DNA from: Phormidesmis sp.
GTDB taxonomy: Bacteria > Cyanobacteriota > Cyanobacteriia > Leptolyngbyales > Leptolyngbyaceae
Direction: 5' to 3'
DNA length: 64,000 nucleotides
NCBI GenBank assembly: GCA_965248535.1
Contig: CBDFJR010000002.1
Location: forward strand, 1,312,001 to 1,376,000
This document shows positions 29,855 through 39,456 of the stretch, one piece after another. Every line of letters begins with the position of its first letter. The stretch's first letter is position 1. Below the pieces are notes generated by a model, which saw nothing but the letters and a program-made list of their open reading frames with translations, ran no database searches and had not been told where the DNA came from. Both the position numbers and the translations under genes were made by a program.

Positions 29855-30958
29855 TCAATGCAGTAATTTCTTAAACTCTTCGTCTTCTTTAATCAGGTTA
29901 AAATCCGAATCCTCCGCTGCTAATTCTTTTGCCTTCAATGGAGCAAGATTAATAGCTTTCTCTAAGTTTTCTAAGGCTTTTTTAGAATCATTTAGAAACG
30001 CACAATAACACGCTTTATTATACCAAGCTCTAGGATAGTTAGGTGCAATTGAAATAGCCTCATCAAAGCATTTAATTCCTTCTCTAATTCCCTCTTTTTC
30101 ATCGGTATATAACCTTCTATGCACAAGCCCTTTATTAACTAGTGCTACAAAAGGAAGGCGTTCAAGCTGGATAGCGCGATCGTAGCATTTGATAGCTTCC
30201 CCATAATCTCCTAGCATTCTGAGCGCATTTCCTGAACCCAGCCAAGCATAGTAAGTTTCCTTAACTCCAATTGCCTCGTCATACTTTAATATCGCTTCTT
30301 TATATTGTGCAATAATTTTCTTGTCCTTACCTATACGACTTGAAATACTTATTTCATTAAACCAAGAATTAGTTGATTTGTAAGTGGCTAGCACTTGATA
30401 ATTTGCTAGATAGAATAAGCTGTCTCCCCATTTTGTATAGTCTTCAAATGTTAAATACAATCTAGAGTTTTCTACTCTAAGTGATTGAAGTTTAGTTATC
30501 AATTCTTGCAACATTGATTTAATCTCAGGCTTAATTTCCTCTTGAAAAAATGAGCTTGTCGAGGGCAGGAAATTTGAAATTTCTTGAATAATCTCATCTT
30601 TTTGTCTTTGGGATGCCAGATCGTTTTTCAAACTTTTGAGTTCTTCATCAAAATCTTCCTTGAACTGCTTCCTTAACTCAGTTTGTAAACTATTAATTAC
30701 GCTCTGTCGTAGAACCCACACAGAAGTACCGATTAAAAATACTGCGAAGTTGAATTGAGTAAAAAATCTGGTGTATGAGCGATCGACTTCTTTCTCGATT
30801 GTGTCTCTGATACTTGTTTCTGCACCTTCTCTGAGATTGAGCATTAGGTATGAACTAATCCCAAAGGTTATACACATCATCAGTAGATAGAGAGTAATGG
30901 CGCACTTCAAAAGATTGGAAAAATTATTCTGCTCGCTCTGCGGGTTTTGGTTTTGCAT
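29855..30958 (-). CDS. Membrane-anchored coiled-coil TPR protein, low GC
   Basis: Two N-terminal hydrophobic segments; TPRs with WYNKAC cap; AT-rich codon usage; start uncertain. Confidence 0.8.
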   Translation of the reverse strand: MQNQNPQSEQNNFSNLLKCAITLYLLMMCITFGISSYLMLNLREGAETSIRDTIEKEVDRSYTRFFTQFNFAVFLIGTSVWVLRQSVINSLQTELRKQFKEDFDEELKSLKNDLASQRQKDEIIQEISNFLPSTSSFFQEEIKPEIKSMLQELITKLQSLRVENSRLYLTFEDYTKWGDSLFYLANYQVLATYKSTNSWFNEISISSRIGKDKKIIAQYKEAILKYDEAIGVKETYYAWLGSGNALRMLGDYGEAIKCYDRAIQLERLPFVALVNKGLVHRRLYTDEKEGIREGIKCFDEAISIAPNYPRAWYNKACYCAFLNDSKKALENLEKAINLAPLKAKELAAEDSDFNLIKEDEEFKKLLH

Positions 30959-31078
30959 ACTGGTGGTGTAAGATACTAAACACAAAATCCTACACAGGAG
31001 AAACATAGTTTTCCAGATTGTTTGCAAAAACAGACATCTTGTAAGTCACTGCTACCACTCTGAATCAATGCGACCTAA

Positions 31079-31375
31079 TTATTCTTTCTGCTGAATCTGC
31101 ACGATCGCTTGTCTAAAACCCAACACAACCAGAATATTAGAAAGGGTCAAAAACGATTCTGCACTGCCGTGTAGCCAGTCTATGTTGGCTAACTGATCGT
31201 GATAAGCCACCTGAGCATAAATGCCTGCGGGAATCGTGACCGCAACAAACACGAGCGTCATATAGAAGCCAATCAGCGCTAGACGAGGGGTGGTTTTAGA
31301 GCGAGTCAGAAACCACAAAAACGCGAGATAGGGAAATAGCGAAAGTCCAAACAGGGTTTCTTTAGAGAGCTGCAT
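31079..31375 (-). CDS. DUF3593 family membrane protein
   Basis: LFGLSLFPYLAFL, LANIDWLHGSAESFLTLSN. Confidence 0.88.
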   Translation of the reverse strand: MQLSKETLFGLSLFPYLAFLWFLTRSKTTPRLALIGFYMTLVFVAVTIPAGIYAQVAYHDQLANIDWLHGSAESFLTLSNILVVLGFRQAIVQIQQKE

Positions 31376-31633
31376 AGAAACGAGACCCCATCTTACGGGT
31401 CAAATCCGCTAATTTTTGGCATCCATACGGCATAATCTTCTCACAAAGCGTGCTGCCTTAATCACCAAAGAGTTCACAGGCAGAAACATTTGAAAGCTAG
31501 AGCTTAAGCATTAGAGTTGTGACCGAGTAAAACCGGATTGATCTCTATCACAGGTGAAGTGTCTAACAACAACGTTTAAGTCTCCTTGCCCAGTTTGAAT
31601 CTCCTCTATCGTGTTGCCCCCACGGAGAAAACT

Positions 31634-34192
31634 ATGCAAAAGCCTCTCTCGACTGCACTTAGAATCACTCTTCTCGGCTTGTCATTGCCTCTGTTATTCA
31701 CTAGCAATGCCTGGGCGAAAACCTGTACGGAAAAGGAAATCGAAACCTACATCAGCAACAAAAACCGACCTGCGATCGTTGACTGCGGGGCAGAAGCGAT
31801 TCCTAATTTGCTCAAAGCTCTGAAAATGGGTGGAACAACAAGCGAGTTTGCTGTTTCAGCTTTGGAATATATTGATACAGATGGTAAAACCATTGTTCCT
31901 GAATTGATTGAAGCTTTTAAGAGCGGAACTCAGAATATTCGCAGAAGCGCTGCTTGGGCTTTGGTGACTCAGGCTAAGAAGGATGAAGCCAAAGAAATTG
32001 TTCTACCTATTTTGATTGAAGTCCTTCAAGGTCAAGATTTAGATGTACGAATAATCTCCATGAATGCTTTAAAAGAGATTGGTTCGCCAGCTAAGGCGGC
32101 TGTTCCAGCGCTGATTGATAACTTGAAACATAAGCACTCTATGATTCGTTGGAATGCTGCTTATGCACTGGGCGGGATCGGATCTGATGCTGAAGCGGCT
32201 GTTCCTGCGCTAACTGAAAGGCTTAAAGATGAGAATGCCAATGTCCGTAGCTTTGCCGCTAGTGCGCTTGGCTCAATTGGCAAAAAGGCTAAAGCTGCAA
32301 TTCCCGGTCTGGTTGAGCTGCTGAAAGATAAGAATGCATCTGTTCGTGGTGGTGCTGCCTATGCTCTAGTAAATATCTGCAACAATAACGTGACAAGTGT
32401 AGAGTACAAACCTGCTCTTCCTGCTTTGATGACGGCGCTCAAGGATCAGGACGATACCGTGCGCGCTGGGGCTGCCTCCAGTCTGGAATACTTTGCTAAA
32501 GATAACGAAGTGGTTGTTCCTGCCTTAATTGCAGCCCTCAAAGATAAAAATGGCAAGGTTCGCACTGAGGCGGCACTCTCTCTACGATATATGGCTCTAC
32601 AATTGCAAGAAGAAGCCAAAAATCTTCAGGAAACCGAAAAGGCGATCGTCGTTGTCAAGCAAATTCAGGCGGCTTTTGGCGACTCACCGGACTTTGAAGA
32701 TAATCGTTTAGCAGTAGATAAAACTCTGGAAACGCTGGGCGATCGTAAACAATCGTTTCTACTTCAATCAGCTACTAAATGGGTTTCAGCCGGGAAAGAA
32801 GTTTGGCTGGCTCATGCCGCGTTTTGGCTAGCTCTAATTCTGGTCTATCCCAAATCTCCGCAAATTCAAGCCATCTTCTTCTGGAATCCTTGGGTGCGAA
32901 AGATTATGGGATTAGGGTATGTCGGCTTCGCATTGACTTGGGTGCCATTTTTGCGACGATCGCTCTTCGCCCCCTTTCGTGAATCACTGCTTGCCGATGC
33001 CGCGCTAGAGAACTTTAAACCACAAGCCTATTTTGAGAACTCAGACATCAAATATCAATCAGGAGACATTAAACCCATTCGAGAGGCGGTTTCAGGGTTT
33101 AAGGGACAAGTTGTGCTGGAAGGCGCGTCAGGGTTAGGGAAGACTATGTTTTTACGGCACCTGTGCCAACAATCACAGCGAGTTGTGGTTTATCTTCCAG
33201 CTACCAAGTGTGCCGATGGCGTGATTGAGGCCATTCAAAAGAAGCTGCACGGCGAGGAGATTAAAGACCCCAAGTTTTTGCAGAATTTGATTTATAGTGG
33301 CGCGATCGCGATCTGCATTGATGGTCTCAATGAAGTCAGTGCCGACACACGAGCAAAGATTGTCGAATTCACCGAAAACTACTTCAAAGGTGACATTATT
33401 CTGGCAACGCAGCCGATGGAATGGACACCCCCGGCAACGGCCAAACTGTTTGTCATGCAACCATTGGGGCGATCGCACATTCAAGCATTTCTGCTTTCTC
33501 GCAAACCGTTAATTCCTGACTATGCTCCAGTTCGAGATGCAGCTTATGAACAGTCATGCTCTCGTTATCTTGAACAAGTATTGCACGATCAACAGCCCTT
33601 AGAAGAACTAGAAGCCACTCAACGGATTCTCTCTAACCCAATGGATTTGACGGTGATTGCTTCGATGATTGCTGCCGACAAACAGCCCGATTTGTTTCGC
33701 TTGCAGGAACAACAATATACTGTCGTGGCCGAGGAGTACCAGGAAAAGCATCTGGGGCAAGAATTTCCGCTAGATGTTTTCTCGGAAGCGGTTTACCAAA
33801 TGCGGCTTAAAGATGAAACCACGCTGCCAGAAGAACAGTTTTTAGAGGAACTGTTGGGTATGGAACGGCACAAAATGGTCGTCAGCCGTCAATCTAAAGA
33901 TAGCCAAGGCAAACCTGCCAAGGAATGGTACTTTCGTCATGACAAAATTGCTGAGTTTTTTATTGTTCAAACCTTTTTAGAACACCCAGAGCGACAGGAG
34001 CAACACTTAGGCGATCCGCGCTTTCGAGGAGTCTATTTTATGTTGGTGAACTTTCTCAAACTGGAAGATGCGATCGCTCTCCGTGAAATGCTAATCCAAT
34101 ACGCTGCGGACACGAAAGATCATACGGTTAGTGACACGTTTGTTCAGTTGTTGCGATCGCGTAAAGTAGAGTTCATCCAAGCAGCAGCGTAA
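31634..34192 (+). CDS. HEAT-repeat, TM and NACHT-like NTPase protein
   Basis: Signal peptide ending NAWA; PBS-lyase HEAT repeats (AVPAL..LKD....VR..AA.ALG); hydrophobic helices; GASGLGKT; ICIDGLNE; FRHDKI. Confidence 0.88.
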   Translation: MQKPLSTALRITLLGLSLPLLFTSNAWAKTCTEKEIETYISNKNRPAIVDCGAEAIPNLLKALKMGGTTSEFAVSALEYIDTDGKTIVPELIEAFKSGTQNIRRSAAWALVTQAKKDEAKEIVLPILIEVLQGQDLDVRIISMNALKEIGSPAKAAVPALIDNLKHKHSMIRWNAAYALGGIGSDAEAAVPALTERLKDENANVRSFAASALGSIGKKAKAAIPGLVELLKDKNASVRGGAAYALVNICNNNVTSVEYKPALPALMTALKDQDDTVRAGAASSLEYFAKDNEVVVPALIAALKDKNGKVRTEAALSLRYMALQLQEEAKNLQETEKAIVVVKQIQAAFGDSPDFEDNRLAVDKTLETLGDRKQSFLLQSATKWVSAGKEVWLAHAAFWLALILVYPKSPQIQAIFFWNPWVRKIMGLGYVGFALTWVPFLRRSLFAPFRESLLADAALENFKPQAYFENSDIKYQSGDIKPIREAVSGFKGQVVLEGASGLGKTMFLRHLCQQSQRVVVYLPATKCADGVIEAIQKKLHGEEIKDPKFLQNLIYSGAIAICIDGLNEVSADTRAKIVEFTENYFKGDIILATQPMEWTPPATAKLFVMQPLGRSHIQAFLLSRKPLIPDYAPVRDAAYEQSCSRYLEQVLHDQQPLEELEATQRILSNPMDLTVIASMIAADKQPDLFRLQEQQYTVVAEEYQEKHLGQEFPLDVFSEAVYQMRLKDETTLPEEQFLEELLGMERHKMVVSRQSKDSQGKPAKEWYFRHDKIAEFFIVQTFLEHPERQEQHLGDPRFRGVYFMLVNFLKLEDAIALREMLIQYAADTKDHTVSDTFVQLLRSRKVEFIQAAA

Positions 34193-34231
34193 AGTTAGAT
34201 GGGCGGTCGCGGTCAAATAATTGCGGCTCTT

Positions 34232-34570
34232 TTAGTCATGATCGATCGCGTCGGAATTCCCTGATTTGTCGGTCGAAATTTTAGACGATCGCCAGATCCA
34301 CCAGCCCGCGATCGCTAGCGTGCAGTTTCCCACCACCGTCATCGCGGCTTGCACCGTCACGACCCAATCCAATGCGGGCAGATTGTCAAAGAAATGCCAG
34401 GTGCAGGCACACATCGCGCTGACCAACGCAGGCAACATCCCCAGCGAGAGCGATCGCCACGCGAGATTTCCGCTCACCTCGGCATAGCGCCAAATCAGCC
34501 AGATTGCCGCGATCCATTCGATCACGCTAGACACATGAATCACCCAAGTCGGAATCGAGAGAGCGTGCAT
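34232..34570 (-). CDS. DUF2499 / Ycf49-like protein
   Basis: MHALSIPTWVIHVSSVIEW, SAMCACTWHFFDN. Confidence 0.9.
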   Translation of the reverse strand: MHALSIPTWVIHVSSVIEWIAAIWLIWRYAEVSGNLAWRSLSLGMLPALVSAMCACTWHFFDNLPALDWVVTVQAAMTVVGNCTLAIAGWWIWRSSKISTDKSGNSDAIDHD

Positions 34571-34669
34571 AAAAAATTGAGAGTCGGGCGGATTCGCAGC
34601 GATCGCGCCTCGCAAGCTCTAGTGTAAGTGGAGTTGTGCTGTAGAATTGGCTTCAATCTAAAATCTGAC

Positions 34670-35722
34670 ATGAACAAGCGTCGAGCCGTGTTGTGTGGCT
34701 ACTATGGCATGGGCAACGGCGGCGATGAGGCGCTACTAGCTTCTCTGCTGCAAATGCTGCCGCCCGAAATCGAGCCGATCGTGCTGTCGGGCAACCCTCA
34801 GCAAACTCGCGATCGCTATCAAGTGGCAAGCTGCGATCGCAAATCCCTAGCCTCCGTCGTGCAGGCACTGCGGCGATCGGAGATTTTTATCTGGGGCGGC
34901 GGCAGTCTGATGCAGGATGCGACGAGTCCGTTTAGTGCTTTTTATTATGGGGGGTTGATGAAACTCGCCCAAACAATGGGGCTGACGACGATCGCTTGGG
35001 CCCAAGGCATCGGGCCGCTGAACCGATCGCTGACGCGCTGGCTCACCCAACAATCTCTTCAACAATGTGCTGGGGTGAGTGTGCGCGATCGTGGCTCGGC
35101 GGCATGGCTCGATCAGTGGAACATTCCATCAGTGCTAGCCCCTGACCCGGTTTGGGCGATGGAATCAGAAGCTGTCGCGGGATTGTGGGATCTGCCTGCG
35201 CCCAGAGTGGCGGTGAATCTACGATCGCATCCGCTTTTAACGCCCGATCGCTTGGCTGTTTTGACCCGTGCGCTAATCGAGTTTCAAACCGCGACGCAGG
35301 TCTGCCTGCTGCTGGTGCCCTTTCAAGCCAGTCAAGATCTAGCGATCGCCGAGACCATTCAGCCCCAGCTTCCGGGAGTGAGCAAAATTCTCAGGTTAGA
35401 AACCCCGCAGGAGCTAAAAGGCGTGTTTCGGGGCGTAGAAATGGCGATCGCCATGCGATTTCATGGGCTGATCATGGCGGCGGCCGAGGGCTGTCGGTGC
35501 TGCGCGTTGAGCTATGACCCCAAAGTCACCCACTTGATGGATGAGCTAGCCTTGCCCGGTTGGGAACTGGCCGATCTGCCCCTTGACTCCCATCAGATCA
35601 GTCAAGCCTGGCTGGAGATTTACGCCAATGGCGAAGCGCTTTCAGCCGATCAGATTCATTCGTTAGTCGATCGCGCCCTAATGCACCAAGACGTGTTGAA
35701 AAAAGCCTTAAGAAACTCTTAA
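34670..35722 (+). CDS. csaB: Polysaccharide pyruvyl transferase CsaB
   Basis: GYYGMGNGGDEALL, GGGSLMQD, QGIGP, VRD, MRFH, SYDPKV. Confidence 0.93.
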   Translation: MNKRRAVLCGYYGMGNGGDEALLASLLQMLPPEIEPIVLSGNPQQTRDRYQVASCDRKSLASVVQALRRSEIFIWGGGSLMQDATSPFSAFYYGGLMKLAQTMGLTTIAWAQGIGPLNRSLTRWLTQQSLQQCAGVSVRDRGSAAWLDQWNIPSVLAPDPVWAMESEAVAGLWDLPAPRVAVNLRSHPLLTPDRLAVLTRALIEFQTATQVCLLLVPFQASQDLAIAETIQPQLPGVSKILRLETPQELKGVFRGVEMAIAMRFHGLIMAAAEGCRCCALSYDPKVTHLMDELALPGWELADLPLDSHQISQAWLEIYANGEALSADQIHSLVDRALMHQDVLKKALRNS

Positions 35723-35993
35723 AAATAGAATATTTTTAGCTTCTAAGCTTGGTAAATCACCTTTGTATGGTAAAAAGTTGGTTTATAAAGTTGATTTGGT
35801 CGTGACCTTTTTGAAAGTCAGCGTTCTTTGAGCAGCGATCGGGCCCAAAAATCTCAACTCTCTGGTTCAATTTTAAGCAACAGTCGGTATAACTAAGTCT
35901 AGAGATCTTAAACGTTGACCTGAGTTCTAACCGCTCTGTCAAAAAACGCCGCCATATTCTCAGGTTCCTTTCTTCTAGGGTAAACAAATCGCG

Positions 35994-37604
35994 ATGAATG
36001 AAGCTGAAAATTCAAACAATAACCCCCCCTTGTTTGAGTCCATTCCTCAGTCTGTCTCTGAGCCAGCCGAGCCAGACTCTCTTGCAGAAGAGTGGATAAC
36101 GGTCGATTTCCCCCAGGCGCTGCCCGTTGACGAAATTCCTCACGAGGAGCCTGTCCTGCCTGATCTTAGCCACTCGCTGCCAGAGTTGAGCGATCGCGTC
36201 TGCGACCTAGATCAGCAAAATCAAGACCTTCGCCGCCAAAAAGCCGATCTGATTAGCGTCTTAGAAAAGCAAGACCAAGAGTTTCACGCCCAGATTGCAA
36301 ACTTAAATAAAGCATTGCAACAAACTCGCAACATGCTGCGGTTAGAGCGACGAAACTGGGAGTCACAATCGCGACAAATTAAGCAGCGATCGCAGGAGCA
36401 AACCACCCACATTGCTCAACAAACCCAAGAATTAACCACCACTCAAGAGCAAGTGGTCAAGCTCTTTAGAGAGCTAGAAAACGCTCAACAAACGGCTCAA
36501 CGCCAGCAAATCTTGGTCGAAACGTTAACCACCCAGCTAGAAGTCAGTCAAGAACAAGTCGCCCAGCTAGAGCGCGAGTGTGCCATCACTCAACAGCGAT
36601 ATAGTGAGCAGACGCAGCACGTCCATCAGACCGACCATGCTTGCAAAGATCTGCGATCGCGCCTCTTGCGTCAGCAGCGCTACACCATGCAGTTCAAGGC
36701 GGCTTTAGAAAAGTGTCTCGATGTTCCGGCGGCTAAATCGGCTGATGGGTTAGAAACCCTGTTGACAGAGACCAGCGTCACTCGGCCCGATCGGCTTAAT
36801 CCGGCGGCTGATTTGTTAGCCCCTAAAGCTCAACCCGTGCAGCCCTGGTCAGCGCAGCCCGACTTTCCTGACCTCGACCCGCTGCCAGAGCCTCACTCAG
36901 TCTACATTCCGTCTCCTTGGGATGACGACTCTGAGATAGCCCCTGAAGACTTGATCACTCAAACCCCAGAGGTTGACAGCATTGTTTGCGACGCGATCGC
37001 TGATCAGCCCTTTGAGCCTCCGGTGGTGGTTGCGACCCAGCGCGAACCCTTGGTTGTGAGCTACACCATTCAGCGATCGCCAGAGACTTCAGACGCGCTG
37101 ATTCCTGAAATTCAGCTATTTACGCCCGATCTGACCCCTGAGATCATGGGAGAGACTCCAGACGAAACCGCACAAGCGATCGCATTCCCCGCTTTTCTGG
37201 AGATTGAATCAGATCTAGAACAAAAACTTGACCACGCCCTACAAGCCTTTGAGCTTCCGGTTGAGCCGTTTGCCTCTGGCTCTGAGCTTGCAGACTTGCT
37301 GCAAAATGATCAAGAGATTCTCAACGAGATTCACGCGATCGCAGAGTCGGCCGACCCAGCCCCAGATCTTGACTTATCTGAGCCTGAAGCCGTTGATCTG
37401 GCAGCCAATTCTGCGTCTGCGTCGCCTTTCATCACCCTGCAATCAATGACCTCCCGCGAGTTAACTCGGCAGAGTGTTTCAGCAAGTGACAACCCCCTTT
37501 TGGTGAATGGGCCCTCTCCGATCGTCTACCCGCTGCGATCGTCTAAAAAGCTCAAATCTCTGGCTGCCGTTGACTTACCCTCGTTTCCACGTCCCGGAAA
37601 GTAG
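35994..37604 (+). CDS. Hypothetical coiled-coil protein with acidic disordered region
   Basis: Long Q/E-rich heptads; C-terminal PSPIVYPLR..KKLKSLAAVDLP. Confidence 0.75.
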   Translation: MNEAENSNNNPPLFESIPQSVSEPAEPDSLAEEWITVDFPQALPVDEIPHEEPVLPDLSHSLPELSDRVCDLDQQNQDLRRQKADLISVLEKQDQEFHAQIANLNKALQQTRNMLRLERRNWESQSRQIKQRSQEQTTHIAQQTQELTTTQEQVVKLFRELENAQQTAQRQQILVETLTTQLEVSQEQVAQLERECAITQQRYSEQTQHVHQTDHACKDLRSRLLRQQRYTMQFKAALEKCLDVPAAKSADGLETLLTETSVTRPDRLNPAADLLAPKAQPVQPWSAQPDFPDLDPLPEPHSVYIPSPWDDDSEIAPEDLITQTPEVDSIVCDAIADQPFEPPVVVATQREPLVVSYTIQRSPETSDALIPEIQLFTPDLTPEIMGETPDETAQAIAFPAFLEIESDLEQKLDHALQAFELPVEPFASGSELADLLQNDQEILNEIHAIAESADPAPDLDLSEPEAVDLAANSASASPFITLQSMTSRELTRQSVSASDNPLLVNGPSPIVYPLRSSKKLKSLAAVDLPSFPRPGK

Positions 37605-37683
37605 CTCACCCTAAAGCCCCCTACTCTGGCAGGGCTGACCTATTGAAGAAAGGAAAAAGTACATGACCCAGGGCAGCCAATTT

Positions 37684-39456
37684 TTAATCTTGACCATTTT
37701 TCTGAAATCGCCACAACTGCCGACCTAACCGAGGAGGTAGCCAAAAGGGATGGTTCCACGATCGTGCCCCTGCCTGCTCGCCCAGCACCTCAATGCGCCA
37801 AGCTTGCCACATTAACAACAGCCAGAGATTATTGCCGAGATAGCGATCGCTGGGCAAAGTTCCACTGGAACCGTGCATCGCAGCGCCCCGTCTTCCTGAC
37901 ATCATCTGTGCGGCGAGATGGGGCTGCCAGCGTCCTTCTTGCTGCAACACACCAGGATTGAGCCATTGCCCGATCTCTGACCACAGCGTTTGATAATAGC
38001 TCGGTCTGAGGGGCACCCCCATGCCTCGTTTTTCGCGCCAAACCACTTCGGGCGGCAGCCACGATTCGACCGCTCGTTTGAGAATATATTTTTCACACGC
38101 TCCCTGCAAAACCAGGTCTCCGGGCAGCCGAAACGTCCATTGAGTCAACGCCGGATCACAGAAGGGCGATCGTACCCACAACCCATGAGCAAACCCTAGA
38201 GCAGTGGCGCGGGGCTGAATGTTTTGTGCCCCTTTGAGCATCAGCGATGCTCGGCGCAATCGCGCTAACAGCGACGAGTCTGACTCTAAAGCGGGGCGCA
38301 AATAATCTTGCAGGTCGATCGCCTGAATTTGCTGATAAACCTCTGGAGAAAAAATCTGTGACTCATAGCCATAAAATCGTTGAAACGTCCGTAGATACTG
38401 CTGATTAAAGTCCTTAGTTCCCATCGGGTTTTCAGAATTGTAAACCGCACTGGCAATCAGAGGTTTATTGACCCAACCCGCAAAGAGTTGATCGCCGTTT
38501 TCGCCGTTAAAGACAACACGAGTTTCTTGAGCCGCCGCCTGATTGAGCAAAAATAAAGGAGCCGTCACCCCGTCACCATAGGGAGAATCGAGCGATCGGG
38601 CCGTCTCTCTCAAGACCGCCATCAATCGTTGAGGCGGGGCGGACACCCGCACTAGGGGAATCTGCAAATAGTCTGCAACCTGCTGGGCATAGGGCAATTC
38701 TGAATAGCTGTCATCGCCAAAATCAAGCGCATAAGCCCGCACGGTCAGCCCTGCCTGCACTAGCAGCGCCGCCACGATCGACGAATCAATCCCGCCCGAC
38801 AAAAAAACGCCCACGGGCTGATCAGGAAGATCGGCGACTTGAGCCGCGATCGCTCCTTTGAGCAGATCTTGCAATTGCGCGATCGCAGTATCTTGATCAT
38901 TAATCAGATCGCTAGATTCTCGCCACGATAATTGATCATCACAGGATTGAGAAATAGGATGGGGATGACCGTTCCAAATTAATTCAACCCCGGCCGGAAC
39001 GCTAGAAACTTGCTCGATCGAGGTGAGCGGAGTTGGAACGTAAGAAAAACAAGCATAGCCATATAACGCTGGAAAACTAACTTTAGGAGATTCAACGATT
39101 GGCAAGAGCAACCGCAATTGAGTCGCAAACCAAATCACCTGGTCAACACAAGTCCAATACAGTGGCACTCGCCCAAAGCGATCGCGCCCTAATCGCAACT
39201 CGTGGGGTTTGAGATTGACCCAGACATCACGATGATTAATTCTCCCGCAGGCAGACAGCCCGATTGAGTCTTCGTCTGACGGCAGATGATCGGCTCCGAT
39301 ATAAGCGATCGTCCAGTCAGAAGATTGTCTAAATAAACAAGGTTCAGAAGTCTTCAAACGCTGAAGAAGCTGACGGAGACAGACGTTCAAATCGGGATGG
39401 TTTGTGGCATTGCTCAATCTCCAGCCGCCGACAAACTGATAGGGTCGCCCCAGCAT
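37684..39456 (-). CDS. Asparagine synthetase-like ATP-dependent amide ligase lacking Cys1
   Basis: RDRFGRVPLYW, LSGGIDSS, GENGDQLFAG, RSPF, EKYILK; ATG 39456 overlaps the upstream TAA. Confidence 0.85.
   Translation of the reverse strand: MLGRPYQFVGGWRLSNATNHPDLNVCLRQLLQRLKTSEPCLFRQSSDWTIAYIGADHLPSDEDSIGLSACGRINHRDVWVNLKPHELRLGRDRFGRVPLYWTCVDQVIWFATQLRLLLPIVESPKVSFPALYGYACFSYVPTPLTSIEQVSSVPAGVELIWNGHPHPISQSCDDQLSWRESSDLINDQDTAIAQLQDLLKGAIAAQVADLPDQPVGVFLSGGIDSSIVAALLVQAGLTVRAYALDFGDDSYSELPYAQQVADYLQIPLVRVSAPPQRLMAVLRETARSLDSPYGDGVTAPLFLLNQAAAQETRVVFNGENGDQLFAGWVNKPLIASAVYNSENPMGTKDFNQQYLRTFQRFYGYESQIFSPEVYQQIQAIDLQDYLRPALESDSSLLARLRRASLMLKGAQNIQPRATALGFAHGLWVRSPFCDPALTQWTFRLPGDLVLQGACEKYILKRAVESWLPPEVVWREKRGMGVPLRPSYYQTLWSEIGQWLNPGVLQQEGRWQPHLAAQMMSGRRGAAMHGSSGTLPSDRYLGNNLWLLLMWQAWRIEVLGEQAGARSWNHPFWLPPRLGRQLWRFQKNGQD

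Noticed and set aside
37684..39456. Complete lasso peptide cluster
   Set aside because: No precursor peptide, RRE or B2 protease is visible nearby, and the adjacent ABC exporter is divergent and generic.
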